64,000 bases of DNA from a virus (taxonomy: Duplodnaviria; Heunggongvirae; Uroviricota; Caudoviricetes): IMG/VR virus record IMGVR_UViG_3300034061_003277, positions 479-64,478 of that record. One strand, written 5' to 3'. This document shows positions 47,027 to 57,157 of this stretch, in pieces. How positions within the stretch are numbered: position 1 is the first letter of the stretch; the number at the start of each line of letters is the position of its first letter. Made by a program: the position numbers and the translations under genes. The notes below the pieces were generated by a model. It saw only the letters and a program-made list of their open reading frames with translations, did not search any database and had not been told where the DNA came from.

Positions 47027-47596
47027 ATGACAAATAGAAGAAACAGATATTTTGATAAAGATGATCAATTTAGGAGTATTATCTTAAGTAATGACATTGA
47101 TAATGAGACTGTAGAAGAAGTAATGCAATTTATTATAGATGTAAACGCATATGATGAGGATTTTGAGAACCAAATCAAAGACTATGAGCGTAAACCTATT
47201 AAAGTTATTATTAATAGTTTTGGTGGTTCAATATATGATGGTTTTGCTTTAGTAGGTGTTATTGAAAACTCTATGACCCCAATTCATACTTACTGTTATG
47301 GTATAGCTATGTCTATGGCTTTACCTATATTCGCTTCTGGGCATGTTCGTTTTATGAGTAAGTTTTCTACACTTATGTATCATGAAGCTTTAACTTCACA
47401 TCTTGATATGAAATTTTCTTTAATCAAAGATGACATGGATGAATGTAATCGTTTAATGAAACAATATGATGAATATTTATTATCACGTTCATCAATGACT
47501 CAAAAACAACTTGACGAAGTTAAAAAATCAAGACGCGATTGGTATTTTACAGCTGATGAAGCGCTAAAATTAGAACTTATAGAAGCTATTATATGA
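47027..47596 (+). CDS. ClpP-family (S14) serine protease
   Basis: INSFGGSIYDG (cf. INSPGG), GIAMSMALPIFASG (Ser), MYHEA (His), RRDWYFTADEALKLELIEAII C-terminus (Asp). Confidence 0.6.
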   Translation: MTNRRNRYFDKDDQFRSIILSNDIDNETVEEVMQFIIDVNAYDEDFENQIKDYERKPIKVIINSFGGSIYDGFALVGVIENSMTPIHTYCYGIAMSMALPIFASGHVRFMSKFSTLMYHEALTSHLDMKFSLIKDDMDECNRLMKQYDEYLLSRSSMTQKQLDEVKKSRRDWYFTADEALKLELIEAII

Positions 47597-48120
47597 TTAA
47601 ACTAACTGAACTGCTTAAAGAAATAGAACAAGATAAAATTGACTTTTCTGAGTTAGATAAAATTGATGATGTTGTAAAAAATGCTATTGAAGCTGCCTCA
47701 CACAAACAAAATGAAGTAGATATCACTAGTTTATCACTATTAGCTTTAGCAGCCCCAGGTATAGTTAACAATGTAGCTAAAATTGTAAAAGCATTATTAT
47801 CTAAAATTAATATTAAAAAAGGTGAGCAGCCTATAGATAAAGTAATTAGAATATCTGGTGAATTAGATAATAAATTAGATTCACCTATTAGGTTAATGCT
47901 TAAACCATTTGTTAAAGATGATGGTAAACGAAATAAAGCAGCTAATATTATAAAAGCATTAGTATTATTAATAGCTGGTATATTAACTAATGCTGATATA
48001 TCTAAATCCCCTACATTAGTAGATGCCATAAAAGCTTATATGCCTGGTTCATGGCAAGATGTTATTTCTATTAGATCATTACCCGATTTAGCTTCTAAAG
48101 CAAAGACGCTGTTTGCATAA
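47593..48120 (+). CDS. hypothetical protein
   Basis: 175 aa, coupled to the ClpP-like gene. Confidence 0.45.
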   Translation: MIKLTELLKEIEQDKIDFSELDKIDDVVKNAIEAASHKQNEVDITSLSLLALAAPGIVNNVAKIVKALLSKINIKKGEQPIDKVIRISGELDNKLDSPIRLMLKPFVKDDGKRNKAANIIKALVLLIAGILTNADISKSPTLVDAIKAYMPGSWQDVISIRSLPDLASKAKTLFA

Positions 48121-48144
48121 TATGTATTATTAAAATACACAATT

Positions 48145-48384
48145 ATGAAAAAATTAATCTTATTAATCTCTCTCCTAACATTGGTAGCTTGTACCCCTCC
48201 AATGAAATCAGAACCAAATAAATGTAAATGCACACCAGAACATTGTTGTGCTGATACAGTCACTATCAAAGAAAATTTTCCTCCTTTCCCTGAACTTCAA
48301 ACTGAGGATAATATTATTTTTGAAGAGCCCACCCCAGCTTATCAATATGAAGAAATCCCAACTCATCATGAAGAGATAATCTAA
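48145..48384 (+). CDS. small lipoprotein
   Basis: MKKLILLISLLTLVAC lipobox. Confidence 0.5.
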   Translation: MKKLILLISLLTLVACTPPMKSEPNKCKCTPEHCCADTVTIKENFPPFPELQTEDNIIFEEPTPAYQYEEIPTHHEEII

Positions 48385-48423
48385 TTTCATATATTTATAA
48401 TTAACACACAAATTTTATAAATT

Positions 48424-48711
48424 ATGAAAAACATATTTAATACTTTATTCACCTGGGTAGGTGGTATCTTTAAAGACGAAACTGGTAGTCCATCATCTAA
48501 ACGAGTTGTAGGCATCATCGCTGGTGTTACACTTTGTATCACAATGTATCACAATAGCTTCACTACTGTAGACATCGCCCCAGCACAATACTTAGTTGAC
48601 GCAGTAGCCTTATTAGCATTCGGTTGTTTAGGATTAGCATCTGTAGATAAGATTTTCGGTAAGAAGATTAATAGTGAAGAAATAAAAGATGAAAAATCTG
48701 AAAATAAATAA
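48424..48711 (+). CDS. membrane protein
   Basis: 95 aa, two TM helices. Confidence 0.45.
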   Translation: MKNIFNTLFTWVGGIFKDETGSPSSKRVVGIIAGVTLCITMYHNSFTTVDIAPAQYLVDAVALLAFGCLGLASVDKIFGKKINSEEIKDEKSENK

Positions 48712-48735
48712 TTATTGTTATAAAATAATAAACTG

Positions 48736-49116
48736 ATGAGCAAGGAATTATTAAAAATGCAAAAATTGGCTGGTATTATTACTGAAAGTCAATATAAAGA
48801 AAAATTAAACGAAACCGATAGTAATTTAGGTGATCTACTCACCCCAGATGATTTGCATAAATTCTTACACACATTAAGAAATTCAATTAATACTGGTGAT
48901 AAGAAGGCACCACTAGATATGGTTAATAAAGCAATATCATCTATCGCGGATAAATTAACTGAAGGTATTAATGATACTGCAGATAGTATTAAGTATAGTT
49001 ATGACGATATGAGAGATGCGTTTCATGAAGGAATGCATATAGGTAGAACAACAAGTTATAGTGAACCATCTGAAGAAAAATTCTTAAAATTTATGGCTTC
49101 AAAAGGTTTAAATTAA
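48736..49116 (+). CDS. hypothetical protein
   Basis: 126 aa. Confidence 0.45.
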   Translation: MSKELLKMQKLAGIITESQYKEKLNETDSNLGDLLTPDDLHKFLHTLRNSINTGDKKAPLDMVNKAISSIADKLTEGINDTADSIKYSYDDMRDAFHEGMHIGRTTSYSEPSEEKFLKFMASKGLN

Positions 49117-49149
49117 CCAATATTTTTAAAAACATATTATATTAAAATT

Positions 49150-49170
49150 TGGCCTTCGGGCCATTTTTTA
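49150..49170 (+). terminator. rho-independent terminator
   Basis: tggcc-ttcg-ggcca then TTTTTT. Confidence 0.7.
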
Positions 49171-49323
49171 TTATCTTTACATCGTATGAAAAAATTAAAA
49201 ATGAAGATTAAGGAGTGGTGGAGAAAACATATTATAGATGTATGCCCACCTCACCTCGACGATATATTTTAAGGCATTAAGCAGGCGTTCTTTGACATAA
49301 AAAATAATAAGGAGAAATAAATT

Positions 49324-49620
49324 ATGGAAACAATGTATTTTGTTTTAGGTATGCTCTCGATTGTTGGTGCTATTATATTAGCAACAATTGTTTGGGGTGT
49401 AGTTAAGATTAACAGTTTGTTAAAAGAAGTTAAAAATAATGATGAAGAATTTAATAATTTAAATCGTATTATATGGGAAAACCATAACAATACACGCGAA
49501 GATTTAGATCATAGATTTAAAGATATGTATGATGAAATAAAGCATACTCACTCATATATCGATTCACGCATCGATAAAGTAACAGGCATATTAGGTGCTA
49601 AACAAGTAATTAAAGGATAA
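49324..49620 (+). CDS. membrane-anchored protein
   Basis: N-terminal TM helix. Confidence 0.45.
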   Translation: METMYFVLGMLSIVGAIILATIVWGVVKINSLLKEVKNNDEEFNNLNRIIWENHNNTREDLDHRFKDMYDEIKHTHSYIDSRIDKVTGILGAKQVIKG

Positions 49621-49664
49621 TATTAATCCAAAGAACGCCTGCTAAAAATATTATTATTAAAGTT

Positions 49665-50213
49665 ATGAGATATAAATTACAACACATCTGGGAAACATTT
49701 AGATATAGCATACCTGGATTTTTTAGAGCATTATGGGTATTCCGTAAAGCATTATGGAATTATCGTTGGTATGGAGGACACCACTCAGTATTCCCACTTA
49801 TGTCTGCTGCTATAAAAGATATGCATGTTAATATAGAAGAACGTGGTATTGAGGAATTGATATCTAAAGGTAAAAAAGTAGAAGCAATGAAACGATGTGT
49901 TTACCTACTTGATTTATTTGCTGATGATGGTTTTGTAGATGCAGCGGAGAAAGAGTTAGGATTAGAAATGATCTTTCGTAATCACTTTGAACCTTTAGAA
50001 GATAGACCAGAGTTATATGTATTAGTAGAAGACCTTACTGAAGAGGAAAAGAAAATCAATGAGCGAGTACTAAGAAGAGCTCACGATATGCAAAAGAAAG
50101 GTTGGAAGGAACTTATGCATTTACTTAGTGGACAAAACTATTCCAAATTTAAAAAAGAAATAGAGTTCTTAGACCAGTTTGATGGCTCAGGTATCCGTGG
50201 TTGGTGGGACTAA
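49665..50213 (+). CDS. hypothetical protein
   Basis: 182 aa. Confidence 0.45.
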   Translation: MRYKLQHIWETFRYSIPGFFRALWVFRKALWNYRWYGGHHSVFPLMSAAIKDMHVNIEERGIEELISKGKKVEAMKRCVYLLDLFADDGFVDAAEKELGLEMIFRNHFEPLEDRPELYVLVEDLTEEEKKINERVLRRAHDMQKKGWKELMHLLSGQNYSKFKKEIEFLDQFDGSGIRGWWD

Positions 50214-50240
50214 TCATGAATATGCATATATTTATATACC

Positions 50241-50672
50241 ATGGACATTAATGATCTATTTAAATTATTCTCAGAAGAAGATAAAGAATCACCTAAAAAT
50301 GACACCCCAACTTTAGATTTTACAGAACATCCAGTATATTGGGTAGGGATGTTTACTAAAATTATTAAAAATCATAAGGGATTTGACTTATATATTAAAA
50401 AAATCTTCAATAAACTTACTCCTGAGTTAGAAATAGAGATAGATAAAATGGAGGAGTTAGGAGATTGGGTCACATTTAATCGGGCTTGGTTTTATATAGA
50501 AAAAATAAATCTAAAAAATGATTTCCATTATGAATATTTAACATCAACTGCTACTCCTGATACCATAATGGCTTTAGATGTTACTATAGCTCATTTTGAG
50601 CGCCTTGAAGAATATGAAAAATGCGCTCATTTATCTGATATTAAAAATGAGTTAAAAGATTTCATCAAATAG
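50241..50672 (+). CDS. hypothetical protein
   Basis: 143 aa. Confidence 0.45.
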   Translation: MDINDLFKLFSEEDKESPKNDTPTLDFTEHPVYWVGMFTKIIKNHKGFDLYIKKIFNKLTPELEIEIDKMEELGDWVTFNRAWFYIEKINLKNDFHYEYLTSTATPDTIMALDVTIAHFERLEEYEKCAHLSDIKNELKDFIK

Positions 50673-50719
50673 ACTTGGGAGTACTTAAATCTTATATTAT
50701 ATTATAACAAAACAAAATT

Positions 50720-50917
50720 ATGAAAAACAGAGAAACTGTCTTAAAAAAATTAGATTCTATTGAAGCTGGTTTGAATGTATTAAAATTTATGGTTAATAGA
50801 CAAGAACCTATAGAAAATTTTATCAATAAAATTGAATCTACTAGAGAATTAGTAGACCATGTTAAAGGATATATCGAAAATGAGCTTATAGCAGGAACTG
50901 AATTAAACCGTATTTAA
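50720..50917 (+). CDS. hypothetical protein
   Basis: 65 aa. Confidence 0.4.
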   Translation: MKNRETVLKKLDSIEAGLNVLKFMVNRQEPIENFINKIESTRELVDHVKGYIENELIAGTELNRI

Positions 50918-50934
50918 TAATAAAAATAAAAGTT

Positions 50935-51696
50935 ATGATTTTAACAGCAGAAAAAATTCAACAAAACTGGATTGACTTAGAAGAAGTAATTAAAGTATAC
51001 ATTGATGAACCACGCCGTTCACAATTACTTGATTTCTACTCAACATACTCAGAGCGCATTATGATGATGCCTGCCTCTCATAAAAAAGAATACCACAATG
51101 CCTTCCCAGGTGGCTATGTAGATCATGTATTACGAGTAATAGATTGTGCTCTTAAATTAAATGATGTATGGATTGAAATGGGGGTAGATAATTCTACTTA
51201 TACTAAAGAAGAGTTAGTATTTGCTGCTTTAAATCATGATTTAGGTAAATTAGGTGATGCTGAAAATGAATCATATATCCCTCAAACTGACCAATGGCGT
51301 AAAGATAAATTAGGTGAAGATTATACTTTTAATAGTAAACTAGCTTTCGCCTCAGTACCAGATCGTGGATTATTTTTACTTCAACAACATGGTATTAAGT
51401 ATACATTTAACGAAATGATTACTATTCAAACTCATGATGGTCTATATGATGAAGGTAATAAAAAATACTTAATGTCATGGTCACCTGAGCAAAAACCAAG
51501 AACAGCATTACCATTTATTGTTCACCAAGCTGATTTAATGGCTGCTCGTATTGAGTTCGAACATGAGTGGTTACCTAAACTAAATAATCAAACAACTAAA
51601 ACCCAAACCAAACCAACTACCAAAACTTCAGTTAAAACTAAAGCATTAGGAAATGTAAAATCATCTGGTTTAATGGATTTATTAAATGACATATGA
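50935..51696 (+). CDS. HD-domain phosphohydrolase
   Basis: H..H (GGYVDHVLRV) and HD (ALNHDLGKLG) motifs. Confidence 0.55.
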   Translation: MILTAEKIQQNWIDLEEVIKVYIDEPRRSQLLDFYSTYSERIMMMPASHKKEYHNAFPGGYVDHVLRVIDCALKLNDVWIEMGVDNSTYTKEELVFAALNHDLGKLGDAENESYIPQTDQWRKDKLGEDYTFNSKLAFASVPDRGLFLLQQHGIKYTFNEMITIQTHDGLYDEGNKKYLMSWSPEQKPRTALPFIVHQADLMAARIEFEHEWLPKLNNQTTKTQTKPTTKTSVKTKALGNVKSSGLMDLLNDI

Positions 51697-51965
51697 TAGT
51701 ATTATTAATAATATTAGGATTAATGGTCGTAGTACTTGGGTACACGACCTTTAATCTTCTTAAGAAAAATGAAAAAGCAGAAGACTTAATACTCAACTAT
51801 GAGAATTATATTAAGACTTTAGCTATTACTTTATCAACAGCTGATAAAAAAATAAAAGATATTGATAGCAAAGGATTATTCGACAGCGATGATGAAATAG
51901 GATGGTTCTTTAATCATATTAAAGAAATTCAAGATGATTTAAATAAGTTTAATCCTAATTTATGA
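51693..51965 (+). CDS. membrane-anchored small protein
   Basis: N-terminal TM. Confidence 0.4.
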   Translation: MIVLLIILGLMVVVLGYTTFNLLKKNEKAEDLILNYENYIKTLAITLSTADKKIKDIDSKGLFDSDDEIGWFFNHIKEIQDDLNKFNPNL

Positions 51966-52843
51966 TAAGTACAATTACTAAACCTAAAAAAAGTGGTGTT
52001 TATTTCACCCAACAAACTGAGGATGCTATTATTAAATATAATAAATCCCAAGATTTTGAGGTTAAAAATAAAATATATGATAATGAAATTCATTATGCTT
52101 TTTTTAAGTTAACTGAGAATATAATACATACATTCAAATTTTATTATACTGAGGTAGATAATATTGAAGATTTACAACATGAGGTAATTACTTTTTTACT
52201 CTCCAAAATACATCTTTATGATCATAAAAAGAATCTTCAAGATCGATTTAGGAATATAATTACTAAAGAATTCAAAGAGGAGTATGAATCAAATTTTGAA
52301 GAATATGTAGGCGAGGTAGATAGAGTAACTCAAAGCCAAATAAATGACTTTATATCATTACTAACAATCTCAGATGAGTGTAGAGATAAATTAAATAAAC
52401 TTACCCCACCTAAAGCTTATTCTTATTTTGGTACTATTGCTAAACGATATTTAATACTATATAATACTAAAAATTATAAAAAACGAGTAGACTCAGTCCC
52501 AGTTGAGGAATTAGAACAAGATGAAACATATTCTTATTTAATAGACGAACCTACTAAAAATGAATTTTTATCAACATATATAGATAAGTTTGTTGAACAT
52601 TGTAGTTCTAATATATATAGTTTATTCCCTAAAGAGTATGACGCCCAAATAGCAGATGCTATTCTAGAACTATTCCGTAAAAGAGAAAATATAGATATCT
52701 TTAATAAAAAAGCATTATATATCTACATTAGAGAAATAGTAGATGCTAAAACCCCAAAAATAACTAAAATAGCTAACCAACTTTATAGTATTTTTAAAGG
52801 AGGATATATATCGTATTTAGAAAATGGGTATATAAAATTTTAA
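51962..52843 (+). CDS. possible divergent sigma-70-family factor (speculative)
   Basis: 'DLQHEVITFLLSKIHLYDHKK' patterns like sigma region 2.2 '[22 protein letters not shown]'; upstream 'EDAIIKYNKS' like region 2.1; no clear region-4 HTH. Confidence 0.3.
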   Translation: MISTITKPKKSGVYFTQQTEDAIIKYNKSQDFEVKNKIYDNEIHYAFFKLTENIIHTFKFYYTEVDNIEDLQHEVITFLLSKIHLYDHKKNLQDRFRNIITKEFKEEYESNFEEYVGEVDRVTQSQINDFISLLTISDECRDKLNKLTPPKAYSYFGTIAKRYLILYNTKNYKKRVDSVPVEELEQDETYSYLIDEPTKNEFLSTYIDKFVEHCSSNIYSLFPKEYDAQIADAILELFRKRENIDIFNKKALYIYIREIVDAKTPKITKIANQLYSIFKGGYISYLENGYIKF

Positions 52844-52873
52844 TATTTCATATTTATATGAAAAATATACCGT

Positions 52874-53221
52874 ATGAGTGCATTAGACAATATAGTATTT
52901 GGTGACAAAAAATTCTCAGACATACTAGAAGAAATTTATAACAACCAAAAGAAAAAAGAAAAGCAAATATCAGCTCTTATAGCTGAATTGAAACCACTTG
53001 TAAACGAGATTGGAGATGCTACTTTAATTGTTCCTCTTATTAAAGAATACCTAGATGTGGGTGTTAAAAATGATGAGCAATTAATCAAAATGGCTACTAT
53101 TATCCAACGAGTAGTTCAATCTAATGCTACCGCTGCAGGAGAGGGATTCACAATATCAGATGAGGAAAAAGCACAACTTTTATCTGAGTTAAATAAAATC
53201 GAGTCTAAAACCGATAGATAA
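52874..53221 (+). CDS. hypothetical protein
   Basis: 115 aa. Confidence 0.45.
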   Translation: MSALDNIVFGDKKFSDILEEIYNNQKKKEKQISALIAELKPLVNEIGDATLIVPLIKEYLDVGVKNDEQLIKMATIIQRVVQSNATAAGEGFTISDEEKAQLLSELNKIESKTDR

Positions 53222-54486
53222 TGATAGCACCTAAGTTTGGTTTAAAATCATCAGTTTCTTCTTTATCTAGAAATAAGGGAGGCGAATCTTTAGTAGGAAG
53301 AGCTCAACTTTCAACTATATATTCTGTTAGAGTATTAGATATAATTTTAGATGATACTCATGAATTATTTGACGAATATGGAGGATGGAATTCTATAGGC
53401 ACTATATTCTATGAATATGCTAATGCTCCTATAGCTCTTGTAAAACAAGATGTGCTACCTGCTTTTCCACTATCTCCTAATATTAAACAATACCCTACTA
53501 TAAATGAGTTGGTTCCCCTAATATTTTTAGCAGACCAACAAGTTATAGATAACCCAAACGCAGTTAAGCCATATTATTTTCCTCCTATAAACATTTGGAA
53601 TAGCATCCATCATAATGCTATACCAAACTTATTACATATTAGACAAGCTAATGTAAACGCTGATTATAGAGAATCTGAATTAGGTATAGTTAATAGAACT
53701 GTAGAAGATGGTGGCACTGATATAACTTTAGGAGAAACATTCAAAGAAAAAATAGATGTGCATCCTTTATTACCATATGAAGGAGATATAATATATGAAG
53801 GAAGATGGGGTAATTCTATTAGATTTAGCTCAACTGTTACTGATGCTGTTATTCCCAATGAGTGGTCTCAAAACTCAACAGAAAATGGTGATCCTATAAC
53901 CCTAATTAGAAACGGCCAGCCAACAACCGGAATACCACCAGAACCTTGGATCCCTATAACTGAAAATATAAATACAGATCAATCTTCTTTATATTTAACA
54001 ACAACCCAAACAATACCTTTAGAAGCCAATATTTTAGATGCGTCATTCTCTACCTCAGATAATTCACCCGCTAGTGTAAACACATATAATTCACCTCAAA
54101 TATTACTTAATTCTGGTAGATTAGTTTTAAATGCTACATCTGACTCTGTCATTATAGGCTCACCTAAAACAATTCATCTATCCGCTCTAAACTCAGTTAA
54201 TATAGATGGTGGAAATAAAACTACTATAGCATCCCCACAGATATTATTAGGAGCTAATAACGCCTCTCAACAATTAATATTGGGTAATAAATTCATGGAT
54301 GATTTTAAATTATTATTAGAATTATTACAAGATGTAAGTGATACTCTTTCTAACTTAGTAGGAGTACCACCTGGAGCACCATTAAATCCTGTTCTTACAT
54401 TACAAGCTATAAATTTATCTAGTAAATGTGCTTCTTTATCTAATAACTTAAATAGTTATTTATCTAATACTACTAAAACTGTATAA
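53221..54486 (+). CDS. putative tail/baseplate structural protein
   Basis: 421 aa, S/T/N-rich, upstream of the baseplate genes. Confidence 0.4.
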   Translation: MIAPKFGLKSSVSSLSRNKGGESLVGRAQLSTIYSVRVLDIILDDTHELFDEYGGWNSIGTIFYEYANAPIALVKQDVLPAFPLSPNIKQYPTINELVPLIFLADQQVIDNPNAVKPYYFPPINIWNSIHHNAIPNLLHIRQANVNADYRESELGIVNRTVEDGGTDITLGETFKEKIDVHPLLPYEGDIIYEGRWGNSIRFSSTVTDAVIPNEWSQNSTENGDPITLIRNGQPTTGIPPEPWIPITENINTDQSSLYLTTTQTIPLEANILDASFSTSDNSPASVNTYNSPQILLNSGRLVLNATSDSVIIGSPKTIHLSALNSVNIDGGNKTTIASPQILLGANNASQQLILGNKFMDDFKLLLELLQDVSDTLSNLVGVPPGAPLNPVLTLQAINLSSKCASLSNNLNSYLSNTTKTV

Positions 54487-54488
54487 TA

Positions 54489-56375
54489 ATGTCTGTATAT
54501 AAAGTTAGTGATGGGAGTATAATTACGTTTAAAAAACGTGGCCCCGAATTATCAGCTATATTAACCACTCCTGATGGTAAGGTTATTACTGGGCCTTCAA
54601 GGATGGGTAACACTGAGGAAAAAGCCGCCAGAGAGATATTATTAGCTAGTAATATTGTAGACCCTACTACAGGAGATCCTTTACCATATACTATTGAAGG
54701 TTCACCTCCTCCAACATCAACATCAACAGTACCCCCAGCTGGCTTACAACAACCAACACCTCCTCCTCTTCCCTTAAAACCTAATGCTAAAGTTACAATA
54801 ACTGGAAAAGTTGTAGATAGTATTAGTAAACGACCTATAGAATTAATAATAGTAACTAATGGCTCTGATAGTGTAGAAACTAATAAAAATGGAGAGTTTG
54901 TTTTTGAATATATATACTCCCCTGATAAAAATAACATAACATTTTTTGGGGTTGGTTATACTCCTCTTTCTAAAGATATATCTACTGAGCCTAATAATAA
55001 AATAATTCTAGGAGAGGTTCTTCTTGAACCTGTACAACTATCAGCATTAGAAGTAGTAGGAAAACCCAACGTTTTTTTTATAAATGGGTTTGTAGTTGAT
55101 AATAAAGGAAAATTCATCCCAGATGCTAAAGTAACTTTTAGTTATTTTATACCTATTAATATAGATGTTAATTTACCTACTGTTAATTCACCTGTTCCTC
55201 AGGTAAGTGTAGATTTATCTAGTGTTATCCCCCCCATTCCTCCTATCCCTCCTGTTCCTATTAAAAAAATTAAAAATACTGATAGTAAAGGAATATTTGA
55301 ATTTGGTGATGATTCTGATTTTAATTTAAAAGATGCTACATTAACTGTAACGGCTCCAAATTACGAATCAGTCATTATAAATTTAACTAATGCCCCAAGC
55401 GAAGGAGTAAAGATATATAAAAACAAAAAAGGAGTTCCTGATTTAACATCTACCCCATATGATGGTAAAATATATCCTATAGGAAGAATAGTTCTTCCTC
55501 CTAAAGCTACTGAAACTATTAGTGAGGAACAAATTAAACAAAAAGTTAAACGAACTAAAGATAAATCAGACCCTGGGTTTATACAGCGTTTAATCCAATT
55601 AACAGTTAAAGCATATAATGCTGCTGTAGATAGATTAGTACCTTTTTTATTAAACATGTTAATCGCATTTGGTCCCGCTGCTGCTAATGCTGTTATGACT
55701 AATTCAAAAGTATTAGATAAAGTATGTCCCTCTCAAAGCACTATCAATAATATTATTAGGGCTAGAAACTCACTAGTAACCCAAATAAATGTACTATATA
55801 ACAGCTTAAGAATACTATCATCAGCTTCATCAGCCACATCTACTTTTACCCAATCGCTTACTACAGCTATTCAAGCGTATTATTTACTTCCTATTCCTGC
55901 GTCTACTTTATCAGCAGGAGCAGTAGCGTTTTTATTGGAAGCTAAAGATACTATAAAAGAAGATCTTAAAAAACAAACTAAAATATTAGATGGTATAGTA
56001 GCAATAATAGCTTATTGTGCGGCTATATTAGCTTACTTACTTACTATATTAAATTTATTAGACCAACTAATACTACTTTGCGCTGAAGAACAAGAAATAC
56101 CTTTTAATCAACTCAATCCTGAAATCACAGCTACTATTAATAACTCTTTAAATAATGAATTAGTGGAAAATCCTCCTATATATAAGGGCTTTAAACTAGA
56201 ATTAGTTTTAGATGCCACCAATAACACAGCATATCCTAAAAGATATGCCCAAGCATTAAATGTTCAAGGTATTGCTGTATTAAAAACTGACTCATCATTC
56301 GCATCAGATCCACAAGTATTGATAGACCAATTAAAATTCATCATAGATTCAAACCCTAATTTAACAGCTGAATAA
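54489..56375 (+). CDS. putative structural protein with proline-rich linker and CarboxypepD_reg-like beta domain
   Basis: PPPTSTSTVPPAGLQQPTPPPLPLKP linker; ITGKVVDS...NGEFVFEY; C-terminal hydrophobic segments. Confidence 0.4.
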   Translation: MSVYKVSDGSIITFKKRGPELSAILTTPDGKVITGPSRMGNTEEKAAREILLASNIVDPTTGDPLPYTIEGSPPPTSTSTVPPAGLQQPTPPPLPLKPNAKVTITGKVVDSISKRPIELIIVTNGSDSVETNKNGEFVFEYIYSPDKNNITFFGVGYTPLSKDISTEPNNKIILGEVLLEPVQLSALEVVGKPNVFFINGFVVDNKGKFIPDAKVTFSYFIPINIDVNLPTVNSPVPQVSVDLSSVIPPIPPIPPVPIKKIKNTDSKGIFEFGDDSDFNLKDATLTVTAPNYESVIINLTNAPSEGVKIYKNKKGVPDLTSTPYDGKIYPIGRIVLPPKATETISEEQIKQKVKRTKDKSDPGFIQRLIQLTVKAYNAAVDRLVPFLLNMLIAFGPAAANAVMTNSKVLDKVCPSQSTINNIIRARNSLVTQINVLYNSLRILSSASSATSTFTQSLTTAIQAYYLLPIPASTLSAGAVAFLLEAKDTIKEDLKKQTKILDGIVAIIAYCAAILAYLLTILNLLDQLILLCAEEQEIPFNQLNPEITATINNSLNNELVENPPIYKGFKLELVLDATNNTAYPKRYAQALNVQGIAVLKTDSSFASDPQVLIDQLKFIIDSNPNLTAE

Positions 56376-56393
56376 CCATATATTTATAATCGT

Positions 56394-56750
56394 ATGAAAA
56401 CAGACTTATTAAAAAACCTAATTAAAAGCGCAGTGCGCGAGGCAATCCAAGAAGAATTAAAAGATATTCTACTTGAAGCAGTTAGATCACCTAAAACAGT
56501 AGTACAGGAAACATATGTTCCTGTTTCACCTTCAACAGTTAATACCCAACCAAACGGTACTATTGTAAATCATGATCTTAAACGTAATCTAAGAAGTATG
56601 ATTGGAGGCGAATTTGACACCGTTGTTACTGCTAACTCATCACACGCCCAACCTGCTTATACCCCACCTCCTGTTAACACAGCAGGTGAAGGATCAAGTT
56701 TACCTGGAGGTGAAGTAAGTTTAGACCAAATAATGGGATTAATGAAATAA
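56394..56750 (+). CDS. hypothetical protein
   Basis: 118 aa. Confidence 0.45.
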   Translation: MKTDLLKNLIKSAVREAIQEELKDILLEAVRSPKTVVQETYVPVSPSTVNTQPNGTIVNHDLKRNLRSMIGGEFDTVVTANSSHAQPAYTPPPVNTAGEGSSLPGGEVSLDQIMGLMK

Positions 56751-56751
56751 A

Positions 56752-57156
56752 ATGGCTATAAGAATACCAAATAAAAATCCACTAGATTTAGATAAAAATA
56801 TAGCTATAGGCGTAGCTATCCCTTTTAACTACCCAGCGGTATTTAGATCTACATTCTCAACCCCAGATCAGATAAAATCTAATCTAATTAATTATATATT
56901 AACTAATAAGGGAGAGAGAATATTTAATATAAATTTTGGTAGTGGTATAAGAGCTCAATTATTTAATAACATTAATTATACTACATTATCTAATCTGCAA
57001 GCTCAAATACAAGGAGAGATTGAGTCAAATTTTCCCTCTATAACAATACAACAACTAATAATCACTCCAGATATTGATAGCAATGTTGTGAATTTAACTT
57101 TAAATTACACAATATTAAATAGTCCAAACATGGAAACAGTACAAATAACAATGTAA
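56752..57156 (+). CDS. baseplate wedge protein, gp25/GPW-like
   Basis: IKSNLINYILTNKGERIFNINFGSGIRAQLF matches the GPW_gp25 signature (I..IL.T..GER...P.FGS.L..L.F); ~130 aa. Confidence 0.6.
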   Translation: MAIRIPNKNPLDLDKNIAIGVAIPFNYPAVFRSTFSTPDQIKSNLINYILTNKGERIFNINFGSGIRAQLFNNINYTTLSNLQAQIQGEIESNFPSITIQQLIITPDIDSNVVNLTLNYTILNSPNMETVQITM

Positions 57157-57157
57157 T

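Noticed and set aside
47027-47596. Calling the ClpP-like gene the prohead maturation protease
   Set aside because: No adjacent portal, scaffold or major-capsid genes in the window. Kept as a generic ClpP-family protease.
1024-54937. All minus-strand ORFs in the track (e.g. 1024-1212, 10981-11244, 13660-13944, 15228-15566, 15547-15924, 20516-20884, 24168-24530, 36403-36708, 37559-38053, 42361-42606, 47589-48029, 54473-54937, 61874-62155, 63483-63713)
   Set aside because: Each lies antisense inside a well-supported + strand gene or in low-complexity DNA, none has the conserved promoter or AAAGTTATG start context, and the genome is otherwise strictly unidirectional. Treated as spurious.
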